Assembly (NCBI RefSeq): GCF_009914755.1
Contig: NC_060931.1
Length of the DNA stretch: 64,000 nt
Source of the DNA: the human T2T-CHM13v2.0 reference genome, Homo sapiens
Reading direction: 5' to 3' (one strand)
Position numbers and translations under genes: made by a program. The notes under the pieces were generated by a model that saw only the letters and a program-made list of their open reading frames with translations, was not told the origin of the DNA and did not search any database. Shown here piece by piece: positions 45,546-64,000 of this stretch (positions are counted from its first letter, which is position 1; each line of letters starts with the position of its first letter).

Positions 45546-47194
45546 CTGTTCCCTCAGAGCGACAGGTACTGACCCACCGGGTCCCCCATCCCGCACGGCC
45601 ACCCGCCTGCGCCTCCCGCCTCCACCCTGCACTCACTGCCGCCCTCCCGTCGGCACTGAGCTGGGGCTCCATCTGTCCGGCTCCTGTTGGCAGGGCCAGC
45701 TCTGAGTGCCACGGCTCAGCCAGAGACTTCTAATGCCGGCTCTGGGCCCGCCAGCCTCACAGTGGGGTTGGCAAGTCCCCTTCCAGGCTCCCCCTGCCCA
45801 GTTGCTTGGCCTCTGGGGACTCTGCCACAGCTCCAAGTGGCCCCAGCCCCTTCTGTCACCTCCCAGTGAGGAATCCATGCACCCAGACCCCTGTATGTGC
45901 CCGGGCCCCTGGGCATGTGGCCAGCAGGCCCTGCCCTGGAGGCACCAACTGCGTGTCAGGGGCGTGCACACGGACAGGCACGTGCCGGCGAGCACGTGAG
46001 CTTCTCCCGCTGGCCCCACGGTGGTGCGGGTGCCTGCTTGGGCTCCTTCAGGGGTCTGCGCGTCTGCCCCGTCCCGTCCAGTCCCGCCCCGTCCCGCCCC
46101 CATCCCCTCCCCTTGTGCTGCATGTCAGTGGAATGACGAGGCTCCGGGCCGTGGCTCCTCCCCCCACCCCCTCCGTGGCGTCCCCACAGGCTGCTCGAAA
46201 CCTTCTTGGTGTCCCAGGAGGGCCCTCGGGGACCCGGGGAGCTCTGTGCCTCTGAGTCTGGGGACTATGGGGATGGGCCTGGGGCCCTGGGGTTCTGAAG
46301 CCCTCCTGGGATGGGAGCCAGCCTGCCAGGTCTCCTCACTGCCGCCGGCCCCTGACACGTGCCAGGCCTGTGGGTCCTTTGGCCTCAGCACATGCCTCGC
46401 ACATGTGGGTTTCTCTGTGAGCACACACATGCATTCTCTTGCACACACACGTGCACTCAAGACCTTCACACTCCTGCCTGGACGAGGGCACCCACGAGGT
46501 GCAGGCCAGCTGCAGAGCCAGGCACAGGACAGCGCCCCCTGCAGCCGCCTCTGTTCCTAAGTCCAAGACCCCCAGGAGCCCACAGTTGGGTCCCCCACGG
46601 GAGTGGGGGGCTGCATTGCTCCAGCCTCCTGTGTGGCTTAAGGGGCCCTCCTTCCATGGCGTGAAGGGGCAGAGTAGCCCGGGGGATGTCCTCAGGCTGG
46701 GGCCTCCGTACTCCTGCATGCTGTGGCCTGGCTGTAGGTGGACCCGGCCCTGAGCCCGGAGGAGGCCTTGGCCCGGCCCTGGAGGGTGGCTGGTTTGTGT
46801 CCTTCAGGTCCTGGGTGCGTAAGGTGCAGGTAGGGCCTTGGAGCTGTGGCTCCTGGGGGTGGCAGAACTCTGCCTGGCCCAATGCCCAAATGCCGCTGGT
46901 GTGGGCATGGGAGGCTGTGTGTACGCCCCTCCTCAGAGGAGACATCCCCTGTCCTGAGCCTGGAGAGTTCGGGGGCTGCCCCTCCCTCAGCCTCAGCCAG
47001 ACCTAGAGCGCAGGGGCCCCCAGCCAGCGGCCCCTCCTTAGCCCCTCCCTATAGGCTCTGTCAGGGCACCCTGTACTGTCCCATTCTGCCCCCAGGGCTG
47101 TTGGCTCAGCCAAGTGAGGACCACGCGGAAGGCGCCCCTGGCTGCGTGCGCCATGCAGGGGCCCTGCTGATGCCTCCCCCTTGTCTCCCTCCAG

Positions 47195-47266
47195 TACACC
47201 TCCAGCATGAGAGCCAAATACCTCGCCACGAGCCAGCCTCGCCCTGACTCCAGCGGCAGCCACTAG
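47195..47266 (+). CDS. TTYH3: TTYH3 exon 14 coding part, YTSSMRAKYLATSQPRPDSSGSH*
   Basis: Strong acceptor ttgtctccctccag|TAC. Completes PPSY and brings the CDS to 1572 nt (523 aa plus stop). Confidence 0.96.
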   Translation, partial: YTSSMRAKYLATSQPRPDSSGSH

Positions 47267-50200
47267 ACCGCGCCCGGCAGCCACCCACCCCACGTGCCAA
47301 CTTCCCCTCCCCGTGCCAGCACTGCCGCTTCCACCTGGGCCACCCACCGGACCCTCGCACGCCGTGCCAGGCCTGCCCCAGACGCGTCTGCAGGCCGCTT
47401 GCCCTCCTGTCCCCTCCCCGCAGGGGCACAGTGGAGACGCAGGGGCTCTGGGCCCGTACCGCCAACTCGGGTCACACCTGAACGCTGCTGCCAGCCGATG
47501 CCCCAGCCCTGCACGCCACCCACTATCCCGGCACGCTCCCTCTGCAGATGGTCGCCGCACCTACAAGCCCTGGCCGCACCCAACCTGTGTTGTTGCCGCC
47601 CGGCCCTTCCCTCCACAGCTCTCCTTCCTCCCGCCCGGCACTTCTGTGGACCCCTTCTTAGTTCACAGGCACGGCTGGGGCCGCTCTGTGCTGGCGCCTG
47701 CTGGCCACTGAGGGACAGGGACACGTGCCACCTGCTCATCTCTGCCCTGAGGTCACCCCGTGGTCCCTCCACGTGCCCATCTCTCTGCAGTGCCCTCCTC
47801 GCCTGTGCAGCCCGCCCACCCACAGGCTCACCCCTCCTGCCGGCTGCCAGAGGCCCCCTCCAGCAGGGCCTCTCTCCGTTGCCCCAGCTTCACTCTCTCC
47901 CTCAGCACCTGCCCTGCTGGAGGCCCCAGCCCTCCGTGGACAGCAGGGGCCACGTGGAGCCCGGGCCGCTCACCCGCCACCCAGTGCTGGCCGCCTTCTT
48001 GGTGCCAAACCCCCTTCCCCCACCCAGAGACTGGGCAGCTGTGTCTGGTTCGTTCTTTGCACTAACCACATTTGTCATCTCTAGGGCAGGCTGGGGCTGC
48101 GGGCTGAGGGGGACCGCTGGCACCCCCCTTCCCTCCCTTCTTGGTTCCATTTCCATCCATGACAGGTACAGCATCCCAGGAGCCCGGCCTGAGGGGCTGG
48201 ACCCGAGCCGGCTGTGAACATCCCTCAGCCCCTGCTGTCCCCCCTTGGGACTAACCACTAACCTCACCCCCAAACTCCACGGGTGCCCCTAGCTGGCCCA
48301 GAGCCGGCAGTGTGAGCCCAAGTCCGGGCTGGAGCCGAGGCCGGAGCAGCTGTCTGGGAGTCAAGGCTGCAGTAGCGTTTCTTCATGGGGTGCTCCAGGG
48401 GGTGCCACAGACCGACAGGCAGCCCAAGGGCCTGGACACCCCTCCCCAGGCAGGTGCTGCCCCAGGAGGACTGTCCTCGGGAATGAACCTCCCGCGGGCT
48501 TTGGACTGAGGTCCCTGTGGCCTCGGTCTCCTCCCCATGAAGTGGGAGCGAGGCTCCCCAATGGTGCTTTTGGCTTTAGTGTACGATGTTTGCTGTGCTT
48601 CCCGCCGTGGAGGGCAGAGCCACCCCACATCAGGATCGGACGTGCTACCCCTCCCGGTCCCGGCCCTGGCCCAGCCAGCCCAGCCCTCGAGGCTCGATGC
48701 CTGTGCCAAGGCCAGGGGCAGCCAGAGGGCAGCTGGATGGCCACGTGCAGGGGTCAAGGCTGGGCCCTGCAGTGGGGCGGGCCGCCAGCCCCAGCAGTTT
48801 ACAGACGCATGGCTCTTCCTCCCAGAGCAGCCGGCAGCTACCTGGACCGGAAATGTCCTCATCCCCTCCCTGGGGCCAGGCTCTGCCCTGGCCTTCCTCT
48901 GTGAACCCCTCCTTTCTTTGTGCTGGTGTCTGGGACCAAAAAGGGGGAATATGGGAGGGCAGAGTGGGGAGGGGAGTCCATGGGCCTGGGGCCCCAAGCC
49001 GGGGCGTCTGAGCTCCCCAGGCATGACCAAACCTCAGTGGAGGGGCCTCTGCTTCAGGCCCCGCCTGGCTGACATTCTGAGCCCCCCTCGGAGGCCCCGC
49101 CACAGCCAACCTGCCCAGTCTTTCCTCTGGGCTTGACCCGCCAGGGGAGTTCTCCAGGCCTAGGGCCAGGAGAGAGGCCCTGGCACCCTGGCGTGGGTGC
49201 CCGCCAAACGCCCTGCGACCGCTCAGAAGCACAAATGCTGTCCATGGCCGTGAGGCTGCCTGCCAGGTGAATGGACATAGCGTGAGAGGCGGTGAGGCCA
49301 GGGCTTCCAGCCTCGTGCTGTCTCGGGACTCCTGACCGTGGTGTGCGTGTGTGCCCGTCTGTGACTTTCTACTCACCAAGGTTGAAGAAAGGAAACGGGG
49401 AAAATCAAAAGGGGTTCAAACCCCACCTCAGTAGGTGGAGGGGAGCGCCTGCCATTGGTTGTATTTTTGTTCTGAGTTTTCGGTGCCGTGTTCCTAACTA
49501 CTCCATCCCATGACCTCGCCACACCTACTGGGGCATCTGGCTGGTGCCTGCTGCCATGGCCAGCCCCCACTCTCACCCTGCACAGGGGGTCTTGCAGCCC
49601 CCAGGCCCACAGCCTCGTTGGGAGGACAGGGTGGCCCTGGGGACAAGAGGGAGGAGCCCAGGGGCTTACCTCACTGAGAGTGCTCCCCAGCAGGCATCCA
49701 CTACCCCAGGGCCCCCCACATGTCATGGCAAGGTTGGTAGTGAATGGGCCTGGTTGGGAGCAGCCCCTGGCCCATTGCCCACCCACCCATCTCACTATGC
49801 AATTCGAGTTCCAAGCAACATTTGCTCCTGCCCTGGGGCCAGCTCTGCCCCAGCCCTGAGAGGGGTGGTGAGGCAGCCCCCTGGACCCCAGAACCCCAGA
49901 CAAGGGGGCAGGCGGGGGACCAGGGCCTCTCCTGTGGGATCTTTGTTTTGTGTTTAACCATAATGGTTGTGTACTGAACCACTTCATATTTGTTATATAT
50001 AATATATATATATATAATCTCCTTAAGACTCAGCCTCCTGGTTTACCCCCCCGGCCTGGGCATCTGACCTCCCCCACCCCAGTGTGATTTAACATCCAGG
50101 AACTGAGGCCTGAACCATTTTGCATTTCCCCCTCCTCCAGCCTCTGTAGGGCCATGGCTGTATGTACTGTCGCTGTGTTTTTTTGTTTTTTTAGAACTGG

Positions 50201-50330
50201 GTTTGGGGGCTGATTTTTATTTCTTTGGGGGCTTTTTTTCTTGGCAAATACTAAAAATCTCGTCAATGTAATTTCTGTGGTTTCTATTCAGCTTGGGTTT
50301 CATGTTTTAAAATAAATTTTAAAAAGCAAG
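47267..50330 (+). other. TTYH3: TTYH3 3'UTR (~3.06 kb)
   Basis: Runs from the stop codon to the AATAAA signal. Alu-free with a U-rich distal end. The cleavage position is estimated. Confidence 0.85.
50311..50316 (+). terminator. TTYH3: TTYH3 polyadenylation signal AATAAA
   Basis: Canonical hexamer after U-rich sequence with upstream TGTA elements. Confidence 0.88.
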
Positions 50331-50670
50331 CCTCTCTTCCTGAGCTGCTTTGGCTCCTGGCTGGGCGCTGGTAGGGAGTCCACGGCTCCAGGCAGGGGCA
50401 TTGGGGGAACAGGGGGACACTGAGGGTGGGGCCGACCAGGTCAGCTCCGAGGGGTCGGCTGGGCGGGGCCTCTTGTGGTTGCGGGCGGGGCCTCTCGGGG
50501 TTGTGGGCGGGTCTTCAGGGGTGGGCGGGGCCTCGGAGTGACTGGGCGGGGCGCCGGGGACAGGCTCTCCAGGGATGGGGTGGGCGGGGCGCCGGGGAAG
50601 GCTTTCCAGGGTTGGGGTGGGCAGGGCTTCTGGAATGAGTGGACGAAGGCCTTGCAAAATGGGTGGCCGA

Positions 50671-51355
<685 letters not shown>

Positions 51356-52419
51356 TCACTCCCCGTCCTTCCAGAAGCAGCATGGAGGCGGGTTCCCGTG
51401 CTCCCCGGCCTGGGGGTCCTCTGGCGCCCTTCCTGGAGGCCCGCACAGGGCCCACGTGTTTCAAGGACCCTCCCCACCCCAAGCTCCTGCTAAGAAGCAG
51501 GCTTGGGAAGGCACATAACCCTGTAATAACACACTCACCCCACAGGGAGATGTTAGGACCTCCGAAGTTGGGGGAGGCCCCCTTTTGACCAGCAGAGCAC
51601 AGGCTTGGAGCACAGGTGGTGAGGGAGCCACCAGGCCCAGCAGAGGATGCGGGGGCTCTCTGTGGCTCCCAGCTCTCAGGGCACCTGTGGGCACCTGTGT
51701 ATGTGGGCGGGGGGGGGGGGGGGTTGGGTCCGCTGGGCAGGGCCCCTTCCTCCTGCCACCAGCAGCTTTGCCCAGTGTGCTTGGATTTGACCGTGGCTGC
51801 TCCAGGATGGGACCCAGGACGGGCTGGCTCTGAAGGAAGGCTGCCAAGCTCCCCAGAGTGGGGACGCCAGAGCTCTGAGGCTTCTGGGAGTCATGTGATA
51901 AGGGACATCTGGGGCTAGGAGCCCATAAGGTCAGAACCCCAGCCTTGGAGCAAGAGCCAGTAGCCACAAGGGAAAGACCCTGGGCATGTCCTTCCCCTTT
52001 CAGATCTCAGTCCCTGTCTCTATATCAGGAAAGGTGGAAAACAACATCCTGGTTCCTAACAGGGCAGGGGAGGGAGGGTTCGGGCGGTGGGAGGGTGGGG
52101 AGTGGGGCTCATACCACTCATCCACGTACCGGGCCGGTATTTCTAAGTCCAGCCAGTGTTCTGGGCACTGGAGTGCGCCCAGCGAACCAAAGGACAAAGG
52201 GCTCTGCCCTCAAAGAGCTGATGCTCCGGTGGAGAGAAACGACAAAATTAACCAGCAGATGACAGACCACGTGAGAACGTGCTGCAGGAAAAAGATCGCG
52301 GTGGAGGGATCGGGAGGGCAGGGACAGGGGTGTTGGCCAGGTGCAATTTCCAACAGTCAGGAAATTCTCCCTGGAAAACTGGCAGCCAAGAGAGACTGCT
52401 GGAGGCCAGGAAGTGCATG

Positions 52420-52866
52420 AGGTCCCAAGTGTTGCTATTGCAAAGCACAGCAAGCTCCGTGGGCTTAAGACAACACACCGTCCTACTGTTCTGTGGGCCA
52501 GAAGTCTCCATGTGCTAAAGCCAAGGTGTTGGCAGGGCTGGTTTCTTCTGGAGGCTCTGTGGGGAGAGAATCCAGGCGAGAGTCCATTTCCTTGCCCTTT
52601 CCAGCTTCTAGAGGCACCCACATTCCTTGGCTGGTGGCCCCTTCCTCCACCTTCAAAGCCAGCAGCAGAGAGTACCATGTCGTCTCTGGCTCTGACCCCG
52701 ACCCCCCTGCCTGTGATTACACTTGGCCCACGTGGGTAAGTTCCAATCATCTTTCCATCTCAGGATCCACAATTAACTCTTGTTTCCAAAGTCCCTTGGC
52801 TTTGCCACGCTAAGTCTGGGGGTGAGGACATGGACAGCTTTGGGAGCCATTATCCTGCCTACCATG
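52420..52866 (-). mobile_element. MLT1 LTR
   Basis: ggcttaagacaaca...gttctgtgggccagaagtc...caaggtgttggcagggctg...ccagcttctagaggc...ttatcctgcctacca. Confidence 0.75.
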
Positions 52867-52879
52867 GGAAGTCAGGTTT

Positions 52880-54110
52880 AGTTTTGAGGCTATCTGAGGA
52901 AAGCAGGTTCCAGAAGAGAGAACAGCCAGTGCGAATGCCCGGAGGCAGATGCATGCCTGGTGTGTTCAAGCCAGGAGGTGAGGCTGGCCGGAGTGGAGGG
53001 AGCTAGGACGAGAGTGGGTGGCTGGAGGTGGGAGAGACTTTGACATTGAACCAGAGGGAGGTGGGAGCCATGAAGGGTCTATGAGCAGAGTGGCATGACC
53101 TAACTTTTTTTTTTTTTCTGAGATGGAGTCTCACTGCGATGCCCAGGCTGGCGTGCAATAGTACGATCTCACTGCAACCTTTGCCTCCCGGGTTCAAGCC
53201 ATTCTCCTGCCTCAGCCTCCCAAGAAGCTGGGATTACAGGCACCCGCCACCACACCTGACTAATTTTTGTATTTTCATTAGAGACGGGCTTTCACCATAT
53301 TGGCCAGGCTGGTCTCAAACTCCTGACCTCAAGTGATCCGCCCGCCTCGGTCTCCCAAAGTGCTGGGATTACAGGCATGCGCCACTACACCCGGCCCCTA
53401 ACATTCATTTTAATAGGATTGCCCTGGCTGCTGCACTGGGAAGGGGACAGAGCAAAAGTGGGTGACCAATTAGCAGACTGCTGCAGGGGGGCAGGCGAGA
53501 GCTGACGGTGGCCGGGCTGGGTGCAGGGAGTGATAAGAGATTGGGTTCTGGAGGGTAACACCAGCAGCATTTCCTGGCAGACTGGGCATGGGTGTGGGAC
53601 TTTGATCGAGCAACTGGCTAGGGGGAGGGGGGTAGGGTATTGTCATAAACTGAGATGGGGAGGGCACATGATTGGGTCAGGGGAGGTCAGAGGTCCAGTT
53701 TGGGGCACCTTGAGCATATTAGCCATCAAGGGGTGTGGGACGGTGGTGGGATGTACAGTCTCTGGGGTTTGGGGGGAGCACTGGACTGGAGATGCTTTGG
53801 CAATTGGGGTCTTTGGCATGGATACAGTGTTTAAAGCCACCAGCCTGGGTGAGATTGCCAAGTGGGTGGGTGTCAAAGAGGAGACAGAGGACCAAAGACT
53901 GGATCTGGGCACCCCCCCTGCCCACCTGGTGTTCAGAGTCTGGGAAAAGAGGGAGCTGCAAAGGAAGAGGGGAAGGGGTGAGCTGGAAGGAAGCCCAGGA
54001 GAGTGGGTGTCCTGGAAGACACATGAAGACAGCATGTCATGGAGGGATGGAGGACCACGTCAAACGCTGCTGACGGTCAAGCTCAGCGAGGACTAGAATG
54101 TAGCCTGCAC
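52880..54110. mobile_element. Old L2-like fragments interrupted by an antisense Alu (53105-53396)
   Basis: Purine-rich L2 3'-type sequence (ggaacagccagtgcgaa...gcatgcctggtgtgttc; gggagccatgaaggg...gagcagagtggcatgac). Confidence 0.55.
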
Positions 54111-54198
54111 GTCTGGTGACCATGAGTCACCTGGGGCACAAGACAGGTCTGGTGAAGCCCTCCAGCTGGTCCAGGACAGCATGGGAGAGGAGGAATAG

Positions 54199-55425
<1,227 letters not shown>

Positions 55426-55714
55426 TAGACAGCAAATGCATGCAGGGGAGGAGAGAGGCAATGTCATCAGTGGCACAATGTTCTTGAGTAGCCAAGGGGA
55501 GCTGGACCCAGGGCACAGTGGAGGCTGGCTGCAGACAGGAGTGTGGCCCCGTGGGGACATGTGGGTGGGTCTCGGAGGGTCTCGTGAAATAGCAAGGCAG
55601 TCAGGTGGGCAAGAGCGGGTGGGAGCTGAGGAGAGAGGAGGAAGGGTGAGCCCCAGGAGAGGAACAGTGGGATCCCTGAGGCCCCCTGAGGTCTGGGACT
55701 CCAAGTGAGACTCA

Positions 55715-60835
<5,121 letters not shown>

Positions 60836-61276
60836 TAACTTCTTTGAGAGTTTATTATCGGCTGGGACTGGAGGTTGCTCCTGTCATTATCAACCACATT
60901 CCATCGTCCAGACTTCAGCCATGTGGCCGTGCCCAGCCACGAAGGATTCTGGGGACTGTGGTTAGGCCAGGTGCCTGGAAACAACTCAACAGGACCACCT
61001 GGCCAGTGTCAGTCATAGTCATAGCACACAAACACCCCAGTGTCTGGCACAGTGTGTGACCGTCCTCGTGTCTGCAGCCTGTGCAGGTCACTCATGGTGC
61101 CTTGTTTCCCTGTGTTCTTGGTCATCTTTAGCTGCATGCTGCTCTTTGGCTTTGAAAAATGTTGATGGAGAGATTCTTTGAGGCCTGGGATGAAGGTGGA
61201 ATCCGCTAGGGAGGAGCTAATTTGGGGCATTACCCACTGGAGGCCACAGCAAACCAAATATACTGGCCCCCCAAAG

Positions 61277-61896
<620 letters not shown>

Positions 61897-62410
61897 AGAA
61901 GACCTGTAGCCCTAACTTCTCAAGAACTTTTTCTTTTTGCTTCTCTTAGCACCAAGTGTCTTTCGTGTGGAGGGAGCAGGGCTAATTCCGTTTCATTCTT
62001 ACCCTAAGAGTGTAGACCTTTAGGTTTTCAGCTTAAGGTGGGAAGGGTTTTCTATAATGCTCCCCATTTTGGGCAGGACTGGCCCTGACTTCTGTCCCCT
62101 TGACCCCTCAAGGCCACAGAATGAGAACCCAAGTTTGCTGGTTTTGGCAAATGCCCTCCAACAAAAGGGCACCTCCTGGGTGGCACAGCCGTGGGCTGGT
62201 GTGCCCCACCAGGGTGCAGCAGTGACATCAGCCCCGCCTCGGGGCACATGTCCCTTCCCGGTGACAGCAGGCTAGGTGCCTGGACCAGCCGTTTCCCTGA
62301 AGACAATGAAACACGCTGGGTGAAATATCCAAAGGCCAGGAACACTGAACAGCTGACAAGACAGCAGGTAATTAAATGCCAGGCCTCGTGCTGGAGGAAA
62401 ACTGGACTCA

Positions 62411-63198
<788 letters not shown>

Positions 63199-63784
63199 TT
63201 AGCTTAGGAAGTACAATATTTCCAAAAAGGTGACCACAGGGAGAAAAACATGAAGATAACCACCAGCTCAGACCCAGCCGGGGCTTGTGGCCATGCCCAC
63301 CTGCTCCTGTGTGTCCTGGGCCTCGGGCAAGCCACTCATCCTCTCCCCACTGTTTCCAGTCTGTAAGCTGGGATTAGTGACGCTGCCTTCTCAGTTGTGG
63401 GAACCTAGAAGGCAGCAATGGGCCTCTCTCCCTAGGTTGCAACCCGGGGCTGGCACGTAGTAGGTCTGTTTCCAGCTGCCACACACGCTACCTTACCAGG
63501 GGTCCCCAGGAGACAGGACAGGGTGATGGGCCCATTTCACAGGGGGAAAAACCGAGGCAAAGAAAGGCAGTGGAGACTCGTGCTTCTGCTTCAGTAGCTC
63601 CTGCCATGGACTTGACATGGGAACCCCCTCCCACAAGCTCTGTCCCCGGCACCCTCTGGCACTGTTAGCCAGCGGAATCCAGCTGTCACCATGGCCTGGT
63701 TCTTAGCACCCCTGGGAACTTTTAGAGCCTCTGGCCTGTGCTAACTGAGGTTGGGCAGCTGCTGGCCAGGGCCCTAGAGAGAGG

Positions 63785-64000
63785 GGTATCAGGTAGCTAG
63801 TGCTGAGTAACAAATAGCTCCAAACACATGACTTCACATGTCCTTAGTATTAAAGGGCCTGGTGGTACTGCTGCTCATTGCTAGGCCTGGCAAGTCCTAG
63901 CTGGGCTCACTCACACATCTGTGGGCAGCTGGGAGCTAGCTAGTCCAGGATGGCCTCAGCTAGGGTGACCCAGGCTCCATGGCCCTCTTGCCTTCCAGCA
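63785..64000. mobile_element. Probable old MLT1-type LTR fragment
   Basis: tatcaggtagctagtgctgagtaacaaatagctccaaa...ctgggctcactcacacatctgtgggcagctg resembles old MLT1. Confidence 0.5.

Noticed and set aside
47264-47270. Stop-codon readthrough of TTYH3
   Set aside because: TAG-ACC is not a known leaky context such as TGA-CTAG.
49234-49254. REST/RE1-like site (minus strand CCATGGACAGC); also GGACAGCGCC near 46527
   Set aside because: Only the right half-site matches and the TTCAGCACC half is missing.
49411-49424. tRNA gene suggested by GGTTCAAACCC
   Set aside because: No A-box, acceptor stem or cloverleaf.
47294-49987. Several 200-300-aa ORFs on both strands of the 3'UTR
   Set aside because: Expected by chance at this GC content, with no supporting gene structure.

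Overview
Human (primate) genomic DNA, GC-rich and Alu-dense. The window holds the complete + strand gene TTYH3 (tweety family member 3). I reconstructed 14 GT-AG coding exons by hand (17670..47266). They join in frame to a 523-aa protein (MAGVSYAAPWW...DSSGSH), with a CpG-island promoter, a 14.6-kb intron 1, a ~3-kb 3'UTR and AATAAA at 50311. The first ~250 bp look like the 3' end of the upstream gene (probably IQCE, from recalled gene order). The rest is Alu, MLT1, MIR, L1 and L2 fragments and simple repeats, and nearly all ORFs in the supplied track are spurious. The most interesting signal is a 101-nt cassette exon (45465..45565) between exons 13 and 14. The PPxY (Nedd4-family ligase) motif is split across the exon 13/14 junction, so including this exon converts PPSY to PPSRY and swaps the C-terminus. 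Its stop lies 20 nt before the last junction, so the isoform should escape NMD. This is a candidate splicing switch for TTYH3 ubiquitination. Other leads: a 5'UTR uORF, a possible poison exon in intron 1, an intron-4 in-frame ATG, an ILPR-like G4 minisatellite, an EBNA1-GAr-like 15-mer repeat, a GC-box array after the poly(A) site, and an mRNA-3'-end-like insert among the repeats. Repeat boundaries are approximate and subfamily calls are by eye.
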